Shown piece by piece: positions 47,322-59,779 of a stretch of DNA of 64,000 nucleotides; position 1 is the first letter of the stretch; each line of letters begins with the position of its first letter. The stretch is taken from positions 2,636,389 to 2,700,388 of the forward strand of contig CM121343.1 in assembly GCA_051530055.1 (NCBI GenBank). The letters are read 5' to 3'. The notes beneath the pieces are model-generated. The model did not search any database. It saw only the letters and a list, made by a program, of their open reading frames with translations, and was not told the DNA's origin. This DNA comes from Neoechinorhynchus agilis. Lineage: Eukaryota > Animalia > Acanthocephala. The translations under genes were made by a program, and so were the position numbers.

Positions 47322-47610
47322 TTTGATGAAAAAAGTGCACTATACAAAATAGAAATCATCAATGTACAAAAGACGAAAATTTGCTGAAAACGTCGTCGAA
47401 AATTAAAATATTTAAGTGATTTTAAAATTCATTTGAAACATTCAATACCCACATTTCATATGTCATCGCAAATTAATAATACGGATTTTTAAGAATATAA
47501 AAATTGTGTAACTAATATGAAATCTCTTAAAACTATGGCGTCAATAAGAAAAAAGATACAAAATGAATTTGTTATTTTCAATAATAGTAAAGAGAATTTG
47601 TCAGAAAGAG

Positions 47611-50528
47611 TAATAAAAGTTCGATTTTGATCACAAAACCCGTCTGACGTATTGACTTTTGAACGATAAGAATAAAATCGTATTCAAAATTAGATAGAAA
47701 AATGCCGCCCTCAATTCATAGAACATCGATTCAATTATAATGAAACTTCCTGAACGTTTTCAATTTTTAATCTTGGCAGTAAGCAAAATTTTCATAAGGA
47801 GAATAATAAAAGTTCGATTTTGATCACAAAACCCGTCTGACGTATTGATTTTTGATCGATAATTAAAAAAGTATTCAAAATTGGATAGAAAAATGCCGCC
47901 CTCAATTCATAGAACATCGATTCAATTATAATGAAACTTCCTGAGCGTTTTCAATTTTTAATCGTGGCAGTAAGGAAAGTTTTCATATAAAGAGTAATAA
48001 AAGTTCGATTTTGATCACAAAACCCGTCTGACGTATTGATTTTTGATCGATAATTAAAAAAGTATTCAAAATTAGATAGAAAAATGCCGCCCTCAATTCA
48101 TAGAACATCGATTTAATTATAATGAAACTTCCTGAACGTTTTCAATTTTTAATCGTGGCAGTAAGGAAAGTTTTCATATAAAGAGTAATAAAAGTTCGAT
48201 TTTGATCACAAAACCCGTCTGACGTATTGATTTTTGATCGATAATAATAAAAGTATTCAAAATTAGATAGAAAAATGCCGCCCTCAATTCATAGAACATC
48301 GATTTAATTATAATGAAACTTCCTGAGCGTTTTCAATTTTTAATCGTGGCAGTAAGGAAAGTTTTCATATAAAGAGTAATAAAAGTTCGATTTTGATCAC
48401 AAAACCCGTCTGACGTATTGATTTTTGATCGATAATTAAAAAAGTATTCAAAATTGGATAGAAAAATGCCGCCCTCAATTCATAGAACATCGATTCAATT
48501 ATAATGAAACTTCCTGAACGTTTTCAATTTTTAATCGTGGCAGTAAGCAAAATTTTCATAAGAAGAATAATAAAAGTTCGATTTTGATCACAAAACCCGT
48601 CTGACGTATTGATTTTTGATCGATAATTAAAAAAGTATTTAAAATTAGATAGAAAAATGACGCCCTCAATTCATAGAACATCGATTCAATTATAATGAAA
48701 CTTCCTGAACGTTTTCAATTTTTAATCGTGGCAGTAAGGAAAGTTTTCATATAAAGAGTAATAAAAGTTCGATTTTGATCACAAAACCCGTCTGACGTAT
48801 TGATTTTTGATCGATAATTAAAAGTATTCAAAATTAGATAGAAAAATGCCGCCCTAATTCATAGAACATCGATTCAATTATAATGAAACTTCCTGAACGT
48901 TTTCAATTTTTAATCGGCATAAGGAAAGTTATAAAAGAGTAATAAAAGTTCGATTTTGATCACAAAACCCGTCTGACGTATTGATTTTTGATCGATAATT
49001 AAAAAAGTATTCAAAATTGGATAGAAAAATGCCGCCCTCAATTCATAGAACATCGATTTAATTATAATGAAACTTCCTGAGCGTTTTCAATTTTTAATCG
49101 TGGCAGTAAGGAAAGTTTTCATATAAAGAGTAATAAAAGTTCGATTTTGATCACAAAACCCGTCTGACGTATTGATTTTTGATCGATAATTAAAAAAGTA
49201 TTCAAAATTGGATAGAAAAATGCCGCTGGTTGGATAATTAAAAGTATTTAAAATTAGATAGAAAAATGCGCCCTCAATTCATAGAACATCGATTCAATTA
49301 TAATGAAACTTCCTGAACGTTTTCAATTTTTAATCGTGGCAGTAAGGAAAGTTTTCATATAAAGAGTAATAAAAGTTCGATTTTGATCACAAAACCCGTC
49401 TGACGTATTGATTTTTGATCGATAATTAAAAAGTATTCAAAATTAGATAGAAAAATGCCGCCCTCAATTCATAGAACATCGATTCAATTATAATGAAACT
49501 TCCGAACGTTTTCAATTTTTAATCGTGGCAGTAAGGAAAATTTTCATAAGAAGAATAAAAGTTCGATTTTGATCACAAAACCCGTCTGACGTATTGATTT
49601 TTGATCGATAATTAAAAAAGTATTCAAAATTAGATAGAAAAATGCCGCCCTCAATTCATAGAACATCGATTTAATTATAATGAAACTTCCTGAACGTTTT
49701 CAATTTTTAATCGTGGCAGTAAGCAAAATTTTCATAAGAAGAATAAAAGTTCGATTTTGATCACAAAACCCGTCTGACGTATTGATTTTTGATCGATAAT
49801 ATAAAAGTATTCAAAATTAGATAGAAAAATGCCGCCCTCAATTCATAGAACATCGATTCAATTATAATGAAACTTCCTGAACGTTTTCAATTTTTAATCG
49901 TGGCAGTAAGCAAAATTTTCATAAGAAGAATAAAAGTTCGATTTTGATCACAAAACCCGTCTGACGTATTGATTTTTGATCGATAATTAAAAAAGTATTC
50001 AAAATTGGATAGAAAAATGCCGCCCTCAATTCATAGAACATCGATTTAATTATAATGAAACTTCCTGAGCGTTTTCAATTTTTAATCGTGGCAGTAAGGA
50101 AAGTTTTCATATAAAGAGTAATAAAAGTTCGATTTTGATCACAAAACCCGTCTGACGTATTGATTTTTGATCGATAATTAAAAAAGTATTCAAAATTAGA
50201 TAGAAAAATGCCGCCCTCAATTCATAGAACATCGATTTAATTATAATGAAACTTCCTGAACGTTTTCAATTTTTAATCGTGGCAGTAAGGAAAGTTTTCA
50301 TATAAAGAGTAATAAAAGTTCGATTTTGATCACAAAACCCGTCTGACGTATTGATTTTTGATCGATAATTAAAAAAGTATTTAAAATTAGATAGAAAAAT
50401 GCCGCCCTCAATTCATAGAACATCGATTCAATTATAATGAAACTTCCTGAGCGTTTTCAATTTTTAATCGTGGCAGTAAGGAAAGTTTTCATATAAAGCG
50501 TAATAAAAGTTCGATTTTGATCGCAAAA
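47611..50528. repeat. Satellite, about 15 copies of a roughly 191-bp unit
   Basis: TAATAAAAGTTCGATTTTGATCACAAAACCCGTCTGACG recurs at 47611, 47804, 47995, 48186, 48377, 48568, 48759 and onward; one shortened and one rearranged unit near 48940 and 49225. Confidence 0.98.
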
Positions 50529-50530
50529 CG

Positions 50531-50897
50531 GTTCGACCAGCAATGTTATATGGCGCAGAAACTTGGACGACCAAGCAAAACGACATCAGAAGATTAAACG
50601 CGCGAGATGAGGATGCTGAGATGGGCAGCAGGGTACACTCTCAAGGATAAGAAAAGAAATGTGGACATCAGATAGCTGTTCGGCACTTGCCATCTTTCAG
50701 AGTTGATCGTCCAAATAAGGTTACGCTGGCACGATAAAGTTTCGAAGTGCGAAGCAGATCACATACTGCGCAGCACGGAGAAACCGGAAATAACGGGAAA
50801 TCGCCGACGAGGAAGGCCGAGGAAAGGATGGTTAGATTGCATCAAACAGGATAAATTGGTTGTCGAGGGAACCGCAACCTCTCAAGAGAGAAAATAA
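50531..50897 (+). mobile_element. 5'-truncated RTE-clade LINE 3' end
   Basis: VRPAMLYGAETWTTK..EMRMLRWAAGYTLKDKKRN.DIR..RLRWH..GNRRRGRPRKGWLDCIKQD with a frameshift and a stop. Confidence 0.88.
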
Positions 50898-51550
50898 ATG
50901 CATGAGAAGAAGATTGGGGTGAATTTTGGAATAAAAACTTTCTTAGCAATATTGATTTTTAACAAATCAGCTAAGTTTAGTTTTGAGTTAAAAAATTTGT
51001 TAAAAATGCGGATTTATTTTCAGTCCTGACTCCAGAAAAGATTTTAAGGAAGGCAGAACTGCCATTGTAAGCGTAGGAAGGATGGGGTTTCGAAGCATGT
51101 AAAAATTGCTCTAGCGTGAATCGCCAAGTTCTTTTTACGAAGAATGGTGATAGGTGGGTGGGGTTAAAATTTCTTCGACCACAGTCGGGTATGTCTTAGA
51201 GCTGATTTAGTTGGCTGCTTTGGCTTTCCAACTAACGAAGCGTCTGTTCAGAATAGAAGCCCAGTTTGTTTTCCCTAAAATTGCCTGTTTTAATAAAAAC
51301 ATCCTGTCCCGTTCAATACTCTCGTAAAATTTAGTAGTGAAAAACTTTTTCATAAGAAGTTGGTATAAATGAACATCGTTGTGAAGGTTAGCAATCAGCG
51401 ATTGTTTGTATATAAGATTCGCTTTTCTGATTGGAGAAGACTAGATTTCTTTTTGCAGAACTTAATGCTTTATTGTTGAAGTACGAGAGACTGATACTCA
51501 CCATAGACGAATTAAACTTATTAATTTTATTTAACATAAAAAAGTTTCCT

Positions 51551-53340
51551 TCAGTGCGCACCCTGAAAAGAAAAAAATGATAAGATCGTGTCCCATTCGC
51601 AATTGATTCTGGGGTAAAGGTTGATATGGAAGGAATTGCTTACAAAAGCTCCATCAATAAATAAGTGTCGATTATGTGCCATGTTATGGAACGAGGGAAA
51701 ATTAGGTAGCATGAATTCGTGATCTTTAAAATAAGGTCGCATGGCAGACAAGTAGTTCGTGTTAAAATCACCGATTATTAGATCCGAGTTCCAGAATAAT
51801 AACAAACTGCGAAACTTTCTTAAAAACTTGGTTACAAGGCCTGTTTGTATGAAAATATTCGCAATGATAAGAGTGGAGCTGAGGATATCTGAGCCGACAC
51901 GGGTTCGATATCGAGAGAAATTGAATTTTAAACAGCTCATCTTTTAAAGATAAGAGCAAAGTTGGTTTAAGATCAGCCCTAACAAAGGTTTGTAGACCAC
52001 CAGGAAAAACCAATGTATTGATTGGTTAGAGCAGTGGATGGAGCTAATAAAAAAACCTTTGTATTGTGTACAGACGATATATGGCAATGGGCCAACTTCT
52101 CGGAGGCACATAATATCAATTTGTTCTTTTATTATTGTATTCAAGAGATGAGATGGTAGCCCATAAGCTCTAGATGCATCCGGGCCCAGCTTTCTAACCC
52201 TCTTAGGAGATACATCTCTATCGGAAGGAGAGTGTTCTCTCTTCGACTTACTGAGGAAAGGGGACGCCATCATATCTAATAGATTCTGTAGGGGGAACCG
52301 GGGTTGCCCTGTGTCGTGATGATTGAAAAATGAGCTGACTATTCGATTATCCATTCTATCATTTTTTTCAGCGTTTCATTTTCCTCCAATACGTTTGCAT
52401 CGCTAGCGGGGAAATTCGTCATTAAGGGTACGATAGACGTGGGAGATAACTTTCTCGGTGAATTACCTGCCCCAAAAGATTGGGGTTATAGAATTATCAA
52501 AGTGATTGGCAAGGGCGCTCCAGAGCTTGGATGGGAATCGGGCTTGATGATTCCTCAAAATAACTTCTAGCTGCTTTGCAAGATTTCGAAAAGGCGGGGT
52601 GAGACCTAGAGCAATAGGCTCATTTCAAGCCGCCGTCATTTATGCAATCCGGCTTCAAATGAGGGCCAGCACAAATCAAACATCGGGGTTCATAACTACA
52701 AAAAGACGCTTTATGACCCCATCGAGCGCATTTCTGACATATTGTCAAATTAAAATCATAAATAGACGGGCTTATTAAAGAAAAGGTGACCCAATATGAA
52801 TATAGTCCAAGACCAGACCCACTTAAGCGTTCAGCAATATTGATCGAGGCTGAGCAAAGAATAACGTAGGGCTGCGAGTTCGGAAATCTGGACAGGTACT
52901 TGATTGCTTTAACGCCGTGGGACTTTTCTATTTCACCTGAGTCCTCACTGTTCTTGATTTATCTATAAATTTGAATTTAAAATCGTGCGACATTTTCACA
53001 AAAAAATGTTGAATGATTTCTCAATGTTGCAAGTAATATTGTTACCGAGTCCAGAAGGACTCAGAAATTTTTAGAAAAATGTTTTTGATAGGGATGCTGG
53101 GGTGCGAACTCCCATGTCTTCTTTAGCAATTTTAAGCATATTATCCTCTCGACGAATGGGGCGGGCTATACCTTCTGGGCTAACAACGGTGGAACGAGAT
53201 GGATTTTCGGGAATAGAAACCGGGGCACAATCACTCAAAACTAGCTCCTTAGCTTCTCAACGGATGGGTCAGGTGGTCTTGAATCCTTTGCAAAACCATT
53301 TTGTTCGCACAAATTACGCGATTGCATAGAGGTGATTTAA
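51551..53340 (-). mobile_element. Decayed non-LTR retrotransposon: probable ORF1 remnants plus APE endonuclease
   Basis: IIKEQIDIMCLREV..GGLQTFVR..IIANIF..IIGDFNT..PSFH..FIDGAFVS spread over three frames; upstream segments not assigned with confidence. Confidence 0.7.
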
Positions 53341-53719
53341 TGTTTATAACATGATCGATATAGCATTAATCAAAGTGTATGTCGATCGATATTTATATCA
53401 CATTCTTCTCCCCGCCCAGTCTTCTTCGAATCCTTGAACTTCTTCTGAGTGAGTGGGCAGGTCTATCCTCGTCTCTGGCAATTATCGTCCGGGTGTCTGA
53501 AGTCTCTTCAATTCTTTAACCGCTACCACCGATCCATCATTCATGTTGCTGTCAGCGCCTGTTGGATTTTCGATTTCCCTTTCCAAACTTTCACTTCCTC
53601 GAGGTTGAACATTAAGCCCGCCCATCGATTTCATATCGGTATTGTTTTCTGTTGTTGATGGGCCGTTCAGGTACCTTGGTATACGACCGTCGAATCGTCC
53701 TCCAAATCGCTATTAGGGT

Positions 53720-54436
53720 AGGAAGCAAGATGTTTCGTGGAAACGGTACATTCCTTTCCATCCCTGAACCTTATCAGAGTGTAGTATGGTCTTGCACTGA
53801 TGAGTTTTACTACCGTTCGGGAAGGTCTGTATTTATTCGTTCTATGTTGTGATCGGAGTAAAACATCCTCCGAATTCCGAAGCCAAGAGGGAGTGCTTAA
53901 TCCCCTACTTGATTTTCTATAAAACGCGAACAGCCGCTCATGAGGTGTTTATCCTCTAGATGCGCATAATAAGGAACGGATAGAGTGTAGAGCATTTGGA
54001 ATCGATTTTCCCAGTTTTCGATACTTAACCTCTTGGTTTTTAGATCTAACAGCACACTTTTCCAAATGACTCCATTGTAACGTTCCAGCGGTCCGTTTCC
54101 CTACGGATTATACGGCGTGGTCCGAGTGGATGTGATTCCATGGCTAGCCAGATAGTCCGATAACTGCTTCGAAAGGAAAGATGATCCTCGGTCTGAATGA
54201 ATATATCAAGGCAGTCCGAATATGGTGAATAACTGTCCGAGACACTTGATCAATGTATGCGCGGAATTGTCTTTGCAAGAAAACACGAAAGGAAAACGTG
54301 AATATTCGTCCACAATTACCAGCAAGTATCTATTTAGCACTGACGATGGCACTGGTCCCTTGACGTCGATCGCTAAACGTCCGAATGGCTGCGTCGCCTT
54401 TATAAGTTATCCCTGGTTAGGTTTAAAGTAGATCGG
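53720..54436 (-). pseudogene. Ty3/Gypsy integrase pseudogene
   Basis: KATQPFGRLAIDVKGP..LLVIVDEYSRFPF..FGLP*YIHSDRGSSF..TTPYNP*GNGPLERYNG..TPHERLF..DGKECTVSTKHLA with in-frame stops and frameshifts. Confidence 0.9.
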
Positions 54437-54492
54437 TATAATCGATGAGCAAACCCTGAAATTACTGATCACTTGACAAATGTTCTCCCCAT

Positions 54493-56336
54493 CGCTCAAA
54501 CCCTTCTTAAAATTGCTGGTTGTGCTTTCTTTGTCGATGCCACATCATGGGACTCGCCTTTATATAACCGGTTTTTCCAGTTGTAGTTCATTTCGGAATT
54601 TGTTTGTAAACAAAGTTTGTTCAAACATCTAAGTTACGAATAAATACGAAGGTGAAACTTTTGGGCGACAACTTCTAAAGCGTTCGCTATAACCCATCTT
54701 AAAATTGGTGATTGTGCTTTCTTTGTGGATGCCACATCATGGGACTCGCCTTTATATAACCGGTTTTTCCAGTTGTAGTTCATTTCGGAATTTGTTTGTA
54801 AACAAAGTTTGTTCAAACATCTAAGTTACGAATAAATACGAAGGTGAAACTTTTGGGCGACAACTTCTAAAGCGTTCGCTATAACCCATCTTAAAATTGG
54901 TCATTGTGCTTTCTTTGTGGATGCCACATCATGGGACTCGCCTTTATATAACGGTTTTTCCAGTTGTAGTTCATTTCGGAATTTGTTTGTAAACAAAGTT
55001 TGTTCAAACATCTAAGTTACGAATAAATACGAAGGTGAAACTTTTGGGCGACAACTTCTAAAGCGTTCGCTCAAACCCTTCTCAAAATTGGTGATTGTGC
55101 TTTCTTTGTGGATGCCACATCATGGGACTCGCCTTTATATAACCGGTTTTTCCAGTTGTAGTTCATTTCGGAATTTGTTTGTAAACAAAGTTTGTTCAAA
55201 CATCTAAGTTACGAATAAATATGAAGGTGAAACTTTTGGGCGACAACTTCTAAAGCGTTCGCTCAAACCCTTCTTAAAATTGCTGGTTGTGTTTTCTTTG
55301 TGGATGCCACATCATGGGACTCGCCTTTATATAACCGGTTTTTCCAGTTGTAGTTCATTTCGGAATTTGTTTGTAAACAAAGTTTGTTCAAACATCTAAG
55401 TTACGAATAAATACGAAGGTGAAACTTTTGGGCGACAACTTCTAAAGCGTTCGCTATAACCCATCTTAAAATTGGTGATTGTGCTTTCTTTGTGGATGCC
55501 ACATCATGGGACTCGCCTTTATATAACCGGTTTTTCCAGTTGTAGTTCATTTCGGAATTTGTTTGTAAACAAAGTTTGTTCAAACATCTAAGTTACGAAT
55601 AAATACGAAGGTGAAACTTTTGGGCGACAACTTCTAAAGCGTTCGCTATAACCCATCTTAAAATTGGTGATTGTGCTTTCTTTGTGGATGCCACATCATG
55701 GGACTCGCCTTTATATAACCGGTTTTTCCAGTTGTAGTTCATTTCGGAATTTGTTTGTAAACAAAGTTTGTTCAAACATCTAAGTTACGAATAAATACGA
55801 AGGTGAAACTTTTGGGCGACAACTTCTAAAGCGTTCGCTATAACCCATCTTAAAATTGGTGATTGTGCTTTCTTTGTGGATGCCACATCATGGGACTCGC
55901 CTTTATATAACCGGTTTTTCCAGTTGTAGTTCATTTCGGAATTTGTTTGTAAACAAAGTTTGTTCAAACATCTAAGTTACGAATAAATACGAAGGTGAAA
56001 CTTTTGGGCGACAACTTCTAAAGCGTTCGCTATAACCCATCTTAAAATTGCTGGTTGTGTTTTCTTTGTCGATGCCACATCATGGGACTCGCCTTTATAT
56101 AACGATTTTTCCAGTTGTGGTTCATTTCAGAATTTGTTTGTAAACAAAGTTTGTTCAAAAATCTAAGTTGCGAATAAATATGAAGGTGCAACTTTTGGGC
56201 GACAACTTCTAAAGCGTTCGCTCAAACCCTTTCGCAAAATTGGTGATTGTGCTTTCTTTGTGGATGCCACATCATGGGACTCGCCTTTATATAACGATTT
56301 TTTCCAGTTGTAGTTCATTTCGGAATTTGTTTGTAA
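54493..56336. repeat. Satellite, about 9.6 copies of a 192-bp unit
   Basis: Identical 60-aa spurious ORFs at 55401, 55593 and 55785 show the exact 192-bp period. Confidence 0.98.
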
Positions 56337-56954
56337 TGAAAGTTATTAGTTTTTCCCAATCGAACGTAAGTAAACAAATGACCCTACGAACAGGCAACAT
56401 ATAATTGTCCTTGGGAAATCGTAACGATGGTGAGTGAATACCCGATCACTTGAGCGACTTTCCCTGAGCCTTATTGACAATAATGACAAAAGCCAGCCGT
56501 ATTTGGAACTGCAGGCGACTATAAGTGAAAGGCAAGTCCGTTGGTAAGAGGGGAATTCTTTTAATGAACTCGGGATGTATGCAAAAGATCTCCTACTAAC
56601 AATAAAACTCTAGACTTACTAATAACGAGAAATTCAACGAAAAAAACGGCCAGAGAGGTTCAAATCTATCTAAGAAAGTCTAACCAAGAAAACCATAAGA
56701 ACGATGGAACAATATCAAACTTTACCATAAATCAATACAAATTAATAAACGGTTCAATTACGTCACTGATTGCGGTGCTGCTCCTGAAATCACTTTTCCG
56801 AGCACAAACGGATTGTACCGGAGAAGGCTTTCTGCAGAATTAGATCCGGAAAATAATGGACTGTGAATTTCGATAAGAAAATTTTTTAAATTCTTCTTTT
56901 TTCGTGTTTATCCCTTTTCGAGGTCGCACAAAAATGTTCAATCAAACATAGTTC

Positions 56955-57150
56955 ATCATCTCTCTCGACCGTTTGTCCTCTGCAACTGCGTCTTTCCACC
57001 TTTTTTTGGGTCTGCCTCGCCTCCTAGTTCCCTCGATCTCCATTTCCACTAATTCGAAGATGTGTACCGAATTCCATTTTTACTTTCTCGCTCCTTTTGA
57101 TCCTTCGTTGCTGAATTACGTCTTCCACATCCTCCACCTCAATCCATCCA
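56955..57150 (-). mobile_element. RTE-clade LINE 3' fragment
   Basis: VEDVEDVIQQRRIK..ELVEMEIEGTRRRGRPKKRWKDAVAED. Confidence 0.75.
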
Positions 57151-58699
57151 GGCAAATATTTATTTGGGATCATGTCTTAATTCATTAGAGATTTAATTGT
57201 CTTTAAAGAGATACTTTAAAAGAGCAGTTAAAATCGTGTTCCAAACTTTATCAATTACATTTAACACCTTTAGCCATTTCTTTGAAAATTGAATCAACAA
57301 AATTAAAAAATACACAAATTTACCCATTAAGTCGTTAGTAAAGAAATCAACACTTTGATTATGGACGTAACGCGATCGACGTTTCAAAAATTAAAAGTGC
57401 GTTTCTTTCGTTTTTTCACGTTTTCACTCAACGTCGAATAAAATGTGCACCCTAATTCGTGATTTGGAAATAGTTGTCGTTGTGCTCTTTTATGCATGAT
57501 TTCGAGAGACTCGAGCATTTCGGCATTCTAAGCTTGAGATATAGGTAAATGTTTTTGATGCAAATTTGGATCTTGGTACTCCTTGCCACGTCCTTGTATT
57601 CTGAATTTTATTTTCTTTATTGTTGCTGTAAACATCAATTTTAAGAATATCCACTTTTTTTATCAACTCCTTTGTGTGTTTTTCGTCGTCATTTACCAAA
57701 TCCTTTTCGTTTTCCTTCAACTTAGGACCACAGAAGCATTTTAAGACTGTTTGGGATATCCGACGAAAACCTTGTAATTTTTACGTTTCGTTTATGTTTT
57801 CAGCATTCTCAATTATTCGTTGTTTTGAATGATTTCTTTGCTTAAGGCAAAAGAGTTTTCTCATCACTAAAAGAAAAGATGTTGAGAACATGGAGTTCAA
57901 AGTTTTATACTCACTTTTCATTTCACTGTTAACGCGAACAATCTTCTTGGTAATGATTTCGAGAGAATCGAGCGTTGCGGCTTGCTAAACTTGGCATGTA
58001 AGTAAATGTTTTTGACGAAAATTTGGATTTGAATATCTCACTTTAATTAAGAAGTTATCTACGCTTAATTAAGGTTGAAATCAATACTTTAATTTGAGCA
58101 TTTTAAAGATTTGCTCTAATAATTTTTACTAGCAGAATTCTCCTAGTTTCGAACTAGAATTTTTGACCGATTTTTGAAGGATTAGTCGTTATGTTTCACA
58201 TGATCCGCGTTCACTCTTCACTGCTATGCGTTTTATCTCTTGATTGCTCTGTCAGAGCCCGGCTCGTCGTCTCTTTCTTGGAACTTACATATTTTGCTGC
58301 CTTTATACCATTTTGCTAACTTATCTCCCATCTCCGGGTGGCCGAAGAGGATTATAGCCGTGTAATTGGGATCTACTGCCTTTCCTTTATTAAAGACTGT
58401 ACCGATTAACGTGCTGTGTTGATCATTTTGAAAGTCATTCGGTAGAACCAGCGGTGGTACCGTGGCATATCCATAGGATTTTCCAATCATTGGCAATGTT
58501 TATGATAAATTTGGTAATCCTATCTACCATTTCCATATTATCTTCGTTGTGATTAAGGCGTGGCACGTGGAAAGCATTCGTGAATCACCGTGGCCGCTTT
58601 TTTTATTTATTTTTATTTATTTAAGGAGCTTACAAGTCTGACGCATACGCATGGTTATGTTCTTCATATTGAGTTGATTGTTCTTTCTTTTCGATGTCT

Positions 58700-58897
58700 T
58701 ATTTCCTTTGGAAACCTTTTCGGCTTAACTTACAGACATCGGATGCACTTAGCCGCGCTCGAAGGGATCGGGCCAACCCACTTTTTTTATGGGCCTATGG
58801 GCGATCCCTCGCACCCCAGTGGAACCCAGTGACCGGTGGCGTTGAACCCTTGACATATAGAGCGCATTATGAACGCGCACACCACTCGGCCACTGTC
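58700..58897 (-). mobile_element. tRNA-derived SINE of a second family; 3' end approximate
   Basis: A box TGGCCGAGTGGT and B-box-like GGTTCAACGCC, followed by a GC-rich hairpin body (GGGATCG..CGATCCC). Confidence 0.6.
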
Positions 58898-59779
58898 GAA
58901 CACTCGGCTACATTCAACGGATACGCCGTTTCATCGCCCATTCTTATCACATTGAGAACCTCATTAAGCACTATTGACCGATCGCGAGCTTGCAAAACAA
59001 TCTTGCAGCTCAAAAACACGTTGGTAAATATATGTATCAAAGTACGAACTATTCGGGTTATAGCTGTACTTATCTACCGATGCATTGTATGGCAGTGCCC
59101 CTAATGCCGCATAGACATCATGGAAAAGATGGTCGACCAGGACTGATTTACCTTCGCCAGGAGGACCGTGTACGTAGAGAACAACAGGACTAACTTTTCC
59201 TTCGGTCCCTAGGAACCTCTATTCGCTACTATCATCGCCTCGAACACTTTAGCGAACCAAGATTGCACTGATAGATGTGCACCATGTTTTTTATTATACC
59301 CTCGTGAACTCACCACACAACACGCGTTTTACCGGTCGCGCATTATCGATCCAAATACCCTATGGCTCACCTCCCCTCTTTGATAAAAAGGGTAACGGGT
59401 TTGCGGCTTTTCCCGTCTCACGCTTCGCCTCGGGAGCTCCACAATTTCCTCTTTTGTTCCAGATTCCACTGCTTCGCCTTCCGTTTTAGTTCCTCCTTAC
59501 ATAGCTTTTGGTGCGACTCTTCTATTCTCTCACTTCCCAACTCCATGTCCACTTCCTTCCGTCCTTTTTCAATGTCTTTTTTCTTGGCATCCCATCTCTG
59601 TTCCTTTTATTCTTCTCCCAATACTCGACTTCTGACTTGATCCTTGAGCGGGTTTTAAAGATCAACTTTGTTTTTGATAAATTGAGAGAAAAGTTCATGC
59701 GAGGACTGTTCAATTAAAAGTTATAAGCTGGCTATCCTGTGAGATTTCATCACAAAGGTGATATCATCAGCATAACAGA

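Noticed and set aside
54634-55967. Four identical 60-aa ORFs that look like a tandem gene array
   Set aside because: They are a by-product of the 192-bp satellite (a multiple of 3); no splice, promoter or domain evidence.
58740-58840. HDV-like ribozyme in the second SINE (GGCTAAG resembles the antigenomic J4/2 strand)
   Set aside because: No P3 helix can close the TTCCACT loop and P1/P2 do not fit the nested double pseudoknot; a simple hairpin explains the pairing.
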